Assembly: GCA_025558095.1 (NCBI GenBank)
Contig: JAIVFI010000018.1
Coordinates: 558,001 to 622,000, forward strand
DNA: 64,000 nt
Reading direction: 5' to 3'
From: Hyaloraphidium curvatum SAG 235-1
Lineage: Eukaryota > Fungi > Monoblepharomycota
The position numbers and the translations under genes were made by a program. Under the pieces are notes generated by a model. That model worked only from the letters and a program-made list of their open reading frames with translations, was not told the DNA's origin and ran no database searches. Positions 12,280-23,357 of the stretch are shown in pieces (positions within the stretch are counted from its first letter, which is position 1; every line of letters starts with the position of its first letter).

Positions 12280-13249
12280 AGACCGGCGGGGCGGGGGTTG
12301 CGGCGATGGATGCCGCGGCCCGATGGGTTACCGGACGTGGAGGGACGATGATGGCTGCGGGCACCGCATCGGAGCTTCCTATGGCTGGAAGACCCGGTGC
12401 ATCGGCAGGTTGCGCGGCGAGGGTCCCGCACGGCGGCAGGCGGACGTCGATGGATGCGGACGCCGGATGCTTCTTGTGATCTGATGTATTCGAGGTCGCG
12501 GTTTCCTCGCACATCCGTCCTTCGGTCTCGCAAACCCGCCCGCCCGATTCGCCGCCGCGTCCGATCCGACTTCCGTCCGCCACCGCTTCCGCACCACCCC
12601 GCGCACCGTCGGACATCCTGCCGACAAGGAACGATGTGATGCTCAGTCCGGGTGCGTAGCGAAGCTTGGGCCGCGGGAGCGCAAGGCTGCCCCGCCCCGA
12701 TAGACCCATGATCTCCCACACGAACCGGCCTGATGCCCCTCCCCGGTCCTCCTCAGAGCACCATCGAGTCCGACCCCTTGCCCTTGTACACGCCTCCGAA
12801 GGCGACCTTGGCGGCCGCCTGCCGCAGCTCCTCAGCGATGGCCGCCCGGTCGCCGTAGCACCACCTCTGCGGCGCGGCGTCGCGCTCGAAAACCCAGTCG
12901 TCGTCGACGAGCTTGTCAAACACGAGCGACATCTCCTCGGCGGTGCCGGGGAAGAAAACGGGCGCTGGGCTGGGAGGTGCGGAAAGTCAGCCGCCGCATC
13001 CGAGCGTCCGTAGGTCCCAGGTGCTCCTCACTCTTGAAAGTCCCGTCCATGCGGTACATCTTGTAGTACCAGTGCCTGCTTGGAAAGCGGTCGCCTTGCT
13101 CGCTTTGTCCATGAGCCGGTCCCACTTGTCCACCGCCTCCCTCTTCACCTCGAAGGACCTCAGGTTCTGGCTGGCGGGGGACGTCACCGATGGGCGCATT
13201 CATCGCCATCATCCCCTGGATGGACCTCATTGCGTCGCATTAGAACGTC

Positions 13250-13620
13250 AAGCGGATAGTGGAGCAAGCCGTGGAGCACCTCGGCGGCCCCCTCGACGGC
13301 CTCGTCGTGAACGTCGGCACCGTGCTCCCCGCCCCAGGCCTCGCGCTGGTTTTGCAATCCCGGATCCTTCTCCTATTGTTTTTGAGCCATTCGCCGTGGA
13401 GACGTTCGGCCGCATGGGACCCCTGGATAAGGCATCCCTCAAGACGGCTGCATGCTCGGCGCACCAAACCGCCCCGGCAGGGTGCTGAGGGCAAGGACGT
13501 GGATGTGGACGGCCAGGTGGCCCGCTACACCGGCCGCTTGCGCGCTCTCGTTGCCATCGGGCGCGCCCTTGGGTGCCAGGCCCAGCTGCGAAAGGTCCGT
13601 CGCGCATGCGTCACAAAGGG
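13250..13620 (+). pseudogene. Mosaic relic: SDR-like fragment followed by retroelement RLE-like fragment
   Basis: IVEQAVEHLGGPLDGLVVNVG (SDR beta4 region) is followed in another frame by FEPFAVETFGRMG (RLE E-T-x-G motif); frameshifts and stops are present. Confidence 0.45.
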
Positions 13621-13891
13621 TCTCCTTTCTACGCCGGTTGGTATCCAGCTTCTCTCTCCCGTTGATGTAACGGACGTAGATGGTGCAGGGTGATTAGCGG
13701 AGGAGTGTAGTGTAGCCCCGGGAGAGTAGAAGAGTAGAACTTGATTCAGAGGCAAATCTTGATTGATATCCCCGATCGATCGCGTCTGATTGTGGCATTG
13801 CAACATGGCCGTATGGCCGCAGTCACCAACTAGAAGGGAATCATCACCAGGTTGGGACCCCGAGTCTGCTACCGCCCCAGTTACCGCAACG

Positions 13892-14332
13892 ATGTCGGAA
13901 GGTCCCAAGTTCTTCACCGACGCTGGTGGCCCCGGCAACACCTTCTCCTCCCAGTACCACTACTCGCAGGCCGTGCGTCTGGGCGGAATCGTCAAGCTCT
14001 CCGGCCAGGGCGGCTGGGACCTAGCTGGAGGGCTCGACGGCGCCGATGCCGCGGGCCAGGTCAAACTGGCCTTCGACAACATCGACCGCATCCTGCGCGA
14101 AGCCGGGCTGCGCGGGTGGGAAGACGTCTACCTCGTGCGCTCTTTTCATGTGGATAAGATGCCGAAGGAAGGCAACACCTACGACTACACTACGCGGAAG
14201 CTCAAGGAAAGGCTGCCTGGTCACCGTCCCGTTTGGACCGCGGTCGCGGTGCCGGAGCTCGCGTTCCCGGGGATGCTCGTCGAGATCGAGGTCGAAGCCT
14301 TGGTGGGCGGCGATGCCTCGCAAGCCAACTGA
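13892..14332 (+). CDS. Rid/YjgF/YER057c/UK114 family protein (single exon)
   Basis: YSQAVR..VKLSGQGG, AFDNIDRILREAG, VYLVRSFH, PVWTAVAV..L..PGMLVEIEVEA. Confidence 0.9.
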   Translation: MSEGPKFFTDAGGPGNTFSSQYHYSQAVRLGGIVKLSGQGGWDLAGGLDGADAAGQVKLAFDNIDRILREAGLRGWEDVYLVRSFHVDKMPKEGNTYDYTTRKLKERLPGHRPVWTAVAVPELAFPGMLVEIEVEALVGGDASQAN

Positions 14333-14370
14333 ACTAGCCGAACATTGGTCGGCCTTGTGATGTTCGGCCA

Positions 14371-14410
14371 AGGGTGGACTTTAGGAACAAAGGGTGGACT
14401 TTAGGAACAA
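14371..14410. repeat. Perfect 20-bp tandem duplication (AGGGTGGACTTTAGGAACAA x2)
   Basis: Read directly from the sequence, between two convergent gene ends. Confidence 0.95.
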
Positions 14411-14481
14411 AAGGCGACTTCGGTGGACAACAGGGCGCCTTGTAGGAGCTTCCCATCTCTTGACTTCATAGAAACGCCCGA

Positions 14482-15841
14482 CTACTTTCCCTTCGGCCCT
14501 TCGAAGCATTCCACGGCGCCCTGCACCACCTCTTTGAACACGCGCCCGAAATCCTCCTCGCTCTCGGTCCTCCCCAGCCGCACGACGATCATGTCCGCCG
14601 CGGGCGCCACGAGGATCATCTGGCCCTGGTAGCCGTTGGCCATGAACCACCCGCGATTCTCGTACCCGTCCTTTGGGATCCTGGGAACGGGAAGGATGTC
14701 AGTGCCGGCGTCAGCCGGGCAACGGCGGATCCACCGACCACCAGTGCATCCCGTAATCGAACAGCTCCTCCGTCTTGTAGTTCACCGCGCTCCTCTGTCT
14801 CGCAGTCTCGCACCACCCTGCGGGCAGCAGCCTCTCCCCCTCCCACACCCCGTCCCGCAGATACAGCAGCCCGAACCGCGCGTAGTCCCTCGCGGCGGCG
14901 AACAAAAACGACGAGGCGATCCAGACCCCCGCCGCGTCGAACTTGGGCTCGGCCGATTCCATGCCGATGGGGTCGAACAGGTTCCGCCTGAGCCAGGAGA
15001 GGGCGGGGGCGTTGACGTAGGCATCCGTCTGCGGGGAGCGGAAGCGGAGGTAGGTGGTGACGGGGAAGAAGAACCGCCCCGCGAAGCCGAGCCAGGACCG
15101 CCGCACGGGCTGCTGGGCGGTCGGGAGCAGGCCGAGCGCCGAGAAGCACGCGCGGCAGACGATGTTGGAGGTGCCGGAGGAGTAGTACCAGCTCGAGCCG
15201 GGCTTCTTTATCGGCGGCGCCGAGAGCGCGTAGAGGGAAACGTCCGAGGACCAGTCGAGGAACAGCATCCTCACGACGTCCGGGATGGAGAACTTGCCCG
15301 CGTCGTCGTACAGCGTGTACCGCTCGAGAAAGTCCAGCCCGGCGCGCATCCGGAGGAGGTCGCCCATCGTGATGTCGCCCCGCGGATCGCCGGGCGCGGA
15401 CCATTCCTTGAGCACCGTCCGCAGCGGGGTCTTCAGGGACTCCTCCACCGATTTGAACCCCTCGGTCTGCCCGAGCTGCACGATGCGACCGACCATGTAG
15501 TGCGCGAAGCTCTTTGCCGTCGACCACGAGATGAGCTTGGTGTCCTCCGTCGTTCCGGCCGACGCGTTGTACCGTTCCGCGACGATCTTCCCGCCCTGGA
15601 CGACGACCAGCGCCAAATGGCCGTCCTTGCCGTCCCGCACGTCCGCATCGTACTTTTCCAGGAGCGCCTTGAGCCTGGCCCGGTCGTAGGGCCGGCCGAT
15701 GTCGGGCAGGCCGTCGGCGCCGGTGGGGTGCCGAGGCCATTCGGCGGTCGGGAAGGGGACGCCGGGCGGCTGCGGCGGGAACCGTGGGAGCGCGATGGGA
15801 TCGGGCACGGGCTGGTCCGGCGCGGATCCCGCGGTGGCCAT
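14482..15841 (-). CDS. Class C beta-lactamase-like / NylB-type serine hydrolase (spliced)
   Basis: SWSTAKS (SxxK), ITMGDLLRMRAGL, WYYSSG, LFDPIGM, ARDYARFGLLYL, FMANGYQGQMI..VVRLG. Confidence 0.9.
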
Positions 15842-15936
15842 CGCTGCGGAAGTTCGCGGGGGGACGATCGCCGGGGGACGAAGAGGATCAACCGTCGAAG
15901 TTCAACCTTCCGAAGACAGCCGTAGACAAGACCACG

Positions 15937-17392
15937 ATGGACACCACGTTTACCGACGCCGAGTGGCGTGCTATCCTACCGACATCCGGCCCGGCGCAGC
16001 CCGCGATTCCCGGCTCCCCGTCGTCGCGCCGCCGCCGCCTCCCACAGGCCCCTCACCGTCGGATTCCGAGATTTACGCGGCCGCCGCGCGATTCTCCCCT
16101 CTCCTCGCCGCGTTGCAGCGTGTACAGCAGCTCTGCATGGGCGTCACTGCGACCACGGCAGCCTTCGTGGGGATTATTTCCCTCTTTGTCATTGCCCTGG
16201 CCCTCAACGGCGCGTCGCTCGCCCTCGCGCCTGCGCTCCAGACCGGCGCGGCATACGCGAGCTTGGCAACATTCGCCTTGCTCGCGGCCGTCCACTCCTT
16301 CACCAACGCGGAGTACATTATCCGGTACCGCACGCGGCGGCCGAACGGCCCGCCGCAAGGGGCGAGACTGATCCACGCCTGGGCGGCTTTGCTGGCTCCG
16401 GACACGGACGCGGCTCAAAAGTCAGGCGACGACACTGCGATGGACTCCGCTACGAGCCGACTTGTGGCCCACGATGCCACGGATGAACTGTGTCCCTGTT
16501 CTTTGCCAAGCTGCGCCGGTGGCCTGCCGCAGCAAAGGGCGTTTCAGTATCTTGCCAGCATGGCGTTCACCTACGCCGTTCTAGCAGCTCCCAGCTTCGT
16601 TTCGTTCTGGACTCCGCTTGTCTCTCTTGGGGGCATCGTATGGAGGACACCGTGGGGGGCGCTGCTCGGTGCCCTTGCATGCGCTTCGATTCTCGTGCTC
16701 CTGCCGATTCACGTCCTGCGAGTTGCATACGTGCCGAACGCACCCCTCATGGAACTTTCGCGTCGTCTACAGCGGCGAGCGGCTGCCCTCGCCGTCGGGA
16801 ACCTGGTTCGCGCCGCCTCCGAGGACCCCGAAATCCTCGTCGCGGTCCGCGGAAGCCGGCCCCGTATGCCGAGCTGCAGCGCCGTCTCGTTTCGTCCTGG
16901 AGCACCGTGGGTTCGACTCGCAACTTCGCCCAGCACACGCTGGCCGGCCGCGTCGTGCGGCTCTACATCCCTGCCCTCGTCATCTCGATCCTGGTCACCG
17001 CCGCGGCGGCGTCATGCATTTCGGCATGGCAGCTCCTTTGGCTCCTGTTTTTTTCCTGGCTCACCTTTAGCTACCTCTTTCCCACCGCCGCGGGGAACGC
17101 CCGCATAGAGGCCGTCGGGGCCATCTTCTCTTCCGGCCGCACGCTCCTGCGGGCCATCGTCGTCGAAGTCTCCACCATCTCCCCTGCCGCTGCGAGCGCC
17201 GCGCGGGACCACGCCGACTTGCTCGGGTGCCTGGCCGATGAGGCGCCCATGGCCCGCTGGCTCGGGCTGCAGGTGACGTACGGCCTGCTGCGCACCGTTG
17301 CGGTCACCGTGGTCACGGCAGCAGCCGCATTGTGGGGCATTGTGCGAGGGCTAGGCGTGCAAGCGACCCTGGAGAGCCTTTGTTTGAGCTGA
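15937..17392 (+). pseudogene. 7-TM GRL/DUF3537-like family, copy 2 (two -1 frameshifts, about 16014 and 16843)
   Basis: Close paralog of copy 1 in inverted orientation: MDTTFTDAEWRAILP..., HDATDELCPCSLPSCAG, and an identical ARWLGLQVTYGLLRTVAVTVVTAAAALWGIVRG; spread over three frames. Confidence 0.8.
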
Positions 17393-17429
17393 TTCCGACG
17401 TCGAGTGTATGAATTTGCACCTGTTACCG

Positions 17430-17560
17430 CGTTGCAAGATTGCGTGGGCCCGTTCCCCCGTCGCCGGCCCCTTGCGCCCGCAGTTGGTGAAGCTATATGA
17501 AGCGGGCGGGTGCAGTGATGAGCAGGAGGAGCAGCGAGTCATGTGGCTTTACGCTCCCGA
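17430..17560 (-). pseudogene. Detached fragment of the Zn-finger exon of the WW gene at 19632-21488
   Basis: YSFTNCGRKGPATGERAHAILQ versus YSCTNCGRKGPARGERTHALCK; DNA is nearly identical to 20290-20365. Confidence 0.8.
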
Positions 17561-17784
17561 ATGCGAGTTGGCGTCGACACCGGCGAGGAGGGCGAGTGGA
17601 GTAAGAAGGCCAGAAGACCTGGATGACGTGCAGCGGGCAGGCCGATTGTCACGAACCGCACGCGCACTGGATGTACATCCCCCGTTCTGGATGTACATCT
17701 TTGAGTGTTCCGTACCGGTGCCTTGTAGAGACTTTCGTCTGCTGCGGCTTTTCCGAATCGCCACACCCCCGCACCACGATCTCT

Positions 17785-19367
17785 TCACGCCCCGCAGTAA
17801 CTGCTCAGCACCACACTGACCCCCAGACCCCTCAGCAGCCCATAGGCGGCGAACCCGACCGTCAGGGAGGTCACCAGGAACGCCCTCGCGGTGCCGAAGC
17901 TCACCTCGATCCCCAGGAACCGGGCAGGGTCGCCGGCCGAGGAAAAGGTGCGGAGGCGGTCGGCATGACAGGCGAGCGCCACATGGATCGCCGTGCGGTG
18001 TTGGGAAGGGGCGTGGAGCGACTCGGACTCAGCCGCGGCGACGAGCAGAGCCTCGACCCGTATGCGTGCCTGCAGTAGCAGTTTACGCACGCTCGTGATG
18101 CGGGCGTTGGCGGCGGCGAGCGAGGTGATGTACACCATGTGGTAGAAGATCCACCAGGCAATGTAGGCGATCTGCCATGCCGGTATGCAGGAGCCGGCGA
18201 CGACGTTGGCGATCCCGCCCGCGACACATCCGAGGAGGGAGGAGGAGATGAAGAAGGCCACGGTGCTAAAGCCGCGGGCCTGGCGATCGCGGGACCAATC
18301 CGCGGCGAGCTGAAGGAACAGCTGTGCGTACGGCTCGGAGTCCATGAGGGAGGACGTGAGCTCGCCCGGGTCGCTGACTGGCAGCGGACGGCTGTCCGAG
18401 ATGCCGCCCTTGTCCGGGTTCCCGCCCGTATTGTCTGGTCTAACGCCAAGGAGCAGTCCCCGGTAGCGGTCTAGCAGAGCTGTGAGCGCCCGCCCCATCG
18501 CGCGGCGCTGCAGCCTCCGCGACAGCTCGACCATGGGCGGGTTGGGACTCCGGAATAGCTGGCCGCATATCGCGTAAAGCGTGACAACGTGGGAGGCGAT
18601 GTTCACGACGCCCAGGAGGGCCGACCACCACGTGGTGAACCAAATGGAACCGTACGTCACCATCGGCGTCCAGCACGAGAAGATCGGGATCGTGAAGGCG
18701 ACGAGCGAGATCCGGATGGCGCTTTCGGCCAGAAAGTAGGTAGCCACACGCCCCGGAAGCTGCCCGGCGCAGGAGGAGGACGGGCAGGTGCAATCGGGGT
18801 CGCGGGCGACGTGCCCAATGAGCGGAGACGGGGCCCGTGGGCCGCTACCGTCCTCAATGTCCGCGTCCTGCCTGCATAGGTCGACCCAGCGGGACAGCGC
18901 GTGCAACATGTGGCTCGCGGGATCGGCCACAAAAGCCCAGCCACGGTAAATCATCAGGGCAGCGCCGAAGAAGGCTAGTCCCTGTGAGGCGGCGAGGGCG
19001 GCCGTGCCCGCGGCGATTTGGGCTGGCGAGAAGGGCACGTCGACGAGGGCGGGCAGCGCGGCCATGGACACCAGCGCCGCCAGCGTGGAGACGGTTGCAG
19101 CGATCGGATAGAGCGGGCGGCTCCTCGGCCCGCGCGCCATGAGCACCGCCCGCGCGCCCTGAGCACCGCCCGCGCGCAGAAACCCAGCAGCGGGGACGCC
19201 CGGGCAGCCGCGGCGACCAGGGACGCGTTTGTCGGCCGTGTCGCCGCCCGCAGCTCACAGGCACGTTCGGCCCCACCGTCCGGCGGCGCGGGCTCGCCCG
19301 GCCACGGAGCCGCGGGGCCCGCCACGGCAGGCAGTACCGCGAGGAGCTCGGCCGGCGTTAGCGCCAT
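17785..19367 (-). pseudogene. 7-TM GRL/DUF3537-like family, copy 3 (frame broken by a 20-bp tandem duplication at 19131-19177)
   Basis: MALTPAELLAVLP start, HVARDPDCTCPSSSCAG, LSRRLQRRA, GSCIPAWQ, ARFLGIEVSFG..LSSYC. Confidence 0.8.
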
Positions 19368-19631
19368 TTGAAGTGCAGGTGAGACTCTTTCGGATCGGAC
19401 GCGCCGTTCCTGGCGGTCCTGATCGGCCCCGCAATGCGGTCTAATTCCACCGCCCCACCTCAGTGTACATTCAAGGAGTTGCTGGACAAGTGCTGGCAGA
19501 AGCAGGTTGTGGCTGACCCCTCCGAACGAGAGCTGACTTGCGAGCGAGGAACACGAACGGTACAGAGAGCAGATCCGAACCAATCGCGTTCGCGGAAGGC
19601 ATGGGTCCACCCCACCAGATCCCCTTTTGGC

Positions 19632-21488
19632 CTAGTACCTCCCCTGCCCCGGCGGCGGGTTCGGGTTGGGATGCGCCCCGGGCCTGCTGGACCCCCCCGG
19701 GTTGTACCCCCCGGTCCTGCCCTGCCCGTACCCAGGCTTGCCCGATCCGCCACCGTACCCTGGCTTGTTCGATTCCCCATGCCCGGGGTTGTGCCCCGAG
19801 CCGCCGTGGTCGTGGCCCTGGCCATGCGATCCGCAGTGCGGGCATCCGGGGCATCCGTGCCCGTCGTGCCCGTGCTGCCCGTGATCTCCATGCCCGTGGC
19901 CGTGGCCACCCGCATGGTGGCCGCAATGGTTGCACACGGCACCGTTCCAGTGGCTACCGCAGTGCGGGCAGGACGCGCCCGGCCTCGGGGGCGGCGGAGC
20001 GTGATGTCCGCACTTGTTGCATGCGTTGCCGTTCCAGCGGTTCCCGCAGCGCGGGCAGCTGCCCTTCTTCTTTGCAGCCGCCGCGGCGGCGGCGGCCATT
20101 GCGGCCATGAAGCCCAGATCCGGGCCGGATGCGGGCGGCTTGGCGGGGGGCGGATTGGACTTTGGCGGGGGCGGCTTGGACGGCGGGGGCTTGGAGGCTG
20201 GGGAGGGGCAGCACGTCGCGCAGTAGTTGACCTTGCTGTGCGGACGTCAGCATGGCTCTGCACGGCCCCGTTGCGAAGATGACCCACCAGATCTTGCAGA
20301 GCGCGTGGGTCCGTTCGCCCCTCGCCGGCCCCTTGCGCCCGCAGTTGGTGCAGCTGTATGCCGCGGACGAGGGCGCGAACGGCATGGCGTGCTTCCGCGT
20401 GCAGAGGGGCTTCAGCGGGGGAGGTAGATTGGGTGGGGCGGGAGGCTTGCCCTGGGGCGCCGCAACGTCGCCGGGCTTGGAGGCCGGAGGCGGCTTGGAT
20501 TTGCCGTCGTCCTTGGCCTTGTCCGCCGCGGGGCCGGGTTCCTTGCCGGGCTTTGTTTCCACGACCTCGGTCCGCGGATCGTCCCTGTGCTCCTCGTCAG
20601 TTCTTTACATTGAACCAAGCAGATTGATGTCACTTGCCAAGTGATCAGCGGGGGCGCTTTGTTCTTGTCGGTAAAGAACCAGCGGCTTGACTTCTTGTCG
20701 TAGTTCTTGGTCCAGCCCGCCGGCAGCGGGGCCTCCTCCTTGGGCGTCTGGTGCGAGATCGACGGGTCGGGCGGCGTGAGGTGCGAAGGTTCGGCCGCCT
20801 CGGGCTGCGAGGCAGAGGCGGGCGCTGCGGGAGGCGTGGCAGGAGGGTCCGCAGGAGGTGCGACAGGAGGCGAGGCAGGAGGAGCCGCAGGAGTTGCCGA
20901 AGGAGCTGCAGGAGGCGTTGATCCAGTGGCGTCGGAGGCGGGCTTGCCATCCTCGGCGCCCTTCTTTGCCCCGCCCAACGCAGTCATCCGCTTCGCCTCC
21001 ACCGCCAGCGTCTCCATCTGCAGCCGCCTCTCGGCCTTTTCCAGGTTGGCCCTCAGCCCTTCGAGCTTGGACTCGTCACCTTGAGTCGCCGCCGCCTCGA
21101 CCTCGGCCTCCAGCCTGCCAACGTCCTCCTTTTTCGCCTCGATCCTCTCCGGGCTGCCGATGCCGGCCTCCCCCAGCATCACTATCAGGCTCTCGATCTC
21201 TTCCGCGCGGGGGTCGTCCCACGTCGACTCGCCCGAGGGGTCCACGAAGAACCACTCGCCCGACACCTCGTCGAGGGACGCGGACCAGCCGGTGGGGAGT
21301 GGCACGGGAATCGGGAGCGGCGTCGGGGGCGGGGCGTCCTCCTCGGGCTCCGCATCGTCGGCGAAGCCGTCCGAGGCGGCGTCGTCGGCGGGCGGCGCGG
21401 CGGGCTGCTCCTCGGGGGCGGGCGGCGCCGCGCCGGCCGGGGGCGGGTTCGCGGCAGCGGGCCGTGCGGCAGCTTCGGCAGACCCCAT
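19632..21488 (-). CDS. WW - coiled coil - WW - Cys/His zinc finger - His/Cys/Gly-rich tail protein (spliced)
   Basis: LPTGW...WFFVDP..STWDDPR; LPAGW...WFFTDK..ITW/DDPR; CTRKH..CTNC..H..CKIC..NYCATC; two CxxC-GxxWNG-xx-CxxC-GHH units. Confidence 0.8.
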
Positions 21489-22253
21489 TAAATGGCAGGT
21501 ATTGCTTGGCGGGCGACAGGAGTGGCCCCTGACGGACAAAGTCTGTCGGCCGCCTCAGACCCCCCGTCCCTCGGTCCAGACCAATCCTGGGAAAGCGACA
21601 AACATCGATATGGCAGGGCCGACCGGTGAGGTGATATGATTCTGAACTTGGTGCCCCACCGGATCCACGAGGAGGAGAGCTGCCTGGAGCCGGACTGCGC
21701 GCGCTCCGCATCCAGCCCGGACACTCAGCTCGCCCGCCGTCCGCCCCGAAATTCGCGCTAGCCCCCGAACGCCCCTTTATATGTGCGCCGCAGCTATGCA
21801 TCCTGTCGCATCCGCAGCACCTCGGTTACCTATTCGAGGATCCAACGTCACGATGTGACGAGCGCCGCCGGCCTCGAGCCGGCAGTGGGACGGCCGCCAC
21901 CCCAAAAGTGGCCGAGCGGGCGCCCGCCCCGTACTCAACGGGCGATGGTTGGCCACCATCTGAAAGAAGGGGCAAAAGCAGAAAAGCCAAAAACAAGCAC
22001 CCGGGCCTGGTGGCCCCCGTGAGGGGGTGAATGGCCAACAGTCTTCCGAGCTGCAAACACTTGATGCGACAACCCTTTTGCTGCCTATGCAAGCTGATTT
22101 GGTTCCTTCTTTAGATTCGCGAACTTTTGCTCGACGTCATGTGCCGCGAGGGATGCCGGGCTCGATTTGAGCGGGCTGGGAGTTTGCTCGGAGGCCACCT
22201 TGAGGTTGAACTTCGCGACCGCCAATGAATCCCGCAACGCGGCATGACGGGCG

Positions 22254-23225
22254 ATGCGGCGCTCTACCCTGTCATGGGCGCTCTCTGCGTTCTTCTTGTT
22301 CCTTTTTCTCCAACGTGGTCGGCCGCCTTCCCGGGGTTCCGCCGCCGAGTGCTGGCCGGACTCCGCGGACGCGTTCCCGCTCCCGCCGTTCGCGCCGAAC
22401 GCGTCCAAAGCCGCCGTGCTCGTCGAGACGCGGTGGCACACGCGGCTGCTCCCCGCCGTGGCCAACGTGCTCCTCCGGCTGCCCGCCGACTGGCGCCTGC
22501 TGCTGTTCCTCTCCCCGGGCAACGCGCCCCGCGTGCGTGCCCACCCCTTCGTCGCGCGTTACCTCGCCGCGGGCAAGATAGCCATCGAGGTCATCCCCGC
22601 GTTTCCCCCGCAGCGGCACCGCTACGCGTCCTACAACGCGCTGCTCACCTCCGCGGACTTTTGGCGCCGGATCCGCTTCTCTCACGCCCTCATCTTCCAA
22701 ACGGACTCGGCCCTCTGCCGCGCCTCCGCTTACTCCGCGGACGACTTTCTCACCTGGGACTTCATCGGTGCCCCCTACACAACGGGAACCTGCGGCAACG
22801 GCGGCCTGAGCCTCCGTTCCGTCCCGCGCACCCTCGATGCTCTCCAATTGTTGGATCCACCGGGCACGGGCGACCCGGAGGACGAGTGGTTCTGCGCCGC
22901 CTTTTCCCGCCTCGGCTACTCCCTGCCCCCCCGGGACGTCGCCCTCTCCTTCGCCGCGGAATCGCTCCCCCTGGCTCCAGGCACCTCGCCCCCGTTCGGC
23001 GTGCACATGGCGCACAGGTACCTCCTTCGCGACCCGGACGCCCTGCGTGCACTCTACGGAGCGTGTCCTGAGGCGCGGGCGCTGAGGTCCGCGGCGTGCA
23101 GGGACGCGGCGTGCGCGAGGGACGGGAGGGTGCTGGGGCTGCTGAACCGGACGGCGGTCTGCGGGCTCTGGAGGGTGACGAGGAAGGGGCGGTGGAGCGG
23201 GAAGAGGAGGGAGGAGTGCGCGTGA
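22254..23225 (+). CDS. DUF5672-like (putative glycosyltransferase) type II membrane protein
   Basis: AVLVETR, LIFQTDSALC, DFLTWDFIGAP, GNGGLSLRS, PEDEWF; N-terminal hydrophobic anchor. Confidence 0.82.
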   Translation: MRRSTLSWALSAFFLFLFLQRGRPPSRGSAAECWPDSADAFPLPPFAPNASKAAVLVETRWHTRLLPAVANVLLRLPADWRLLLFLSPGNAPRVRAHPFVARYLAAGKIAIEVIPAFPPQRHRYASYNALLTSADFWRRIRFSHALIFQTDSALCRASAYSADDFLTWDFIGAPYTTGTCGNGGLSLRSVPRTLDALQLLDPPGTGDPEDEWFCAAFSRLGYSLPPRDVALSFAAESLPLAPGTSPPFGVHMAHRYLLRDPDALRALYGACPEARALRSAACRDAACARDGRVLGLLNRTAVCGLWRVTRKGRWSGKRREECA

Positions 23226-23357
23226 AGGTGGATGCGGAGCTGGGGTCGGCACGTTGAGGGGGCGTGGACGCGGATCTCGGGATCGAAATCTAGGCAGGCA
23301 CCCAACTGACCAGGCACCCAAGCAGACAGATACCACGATTACCCACTACACCGTACT

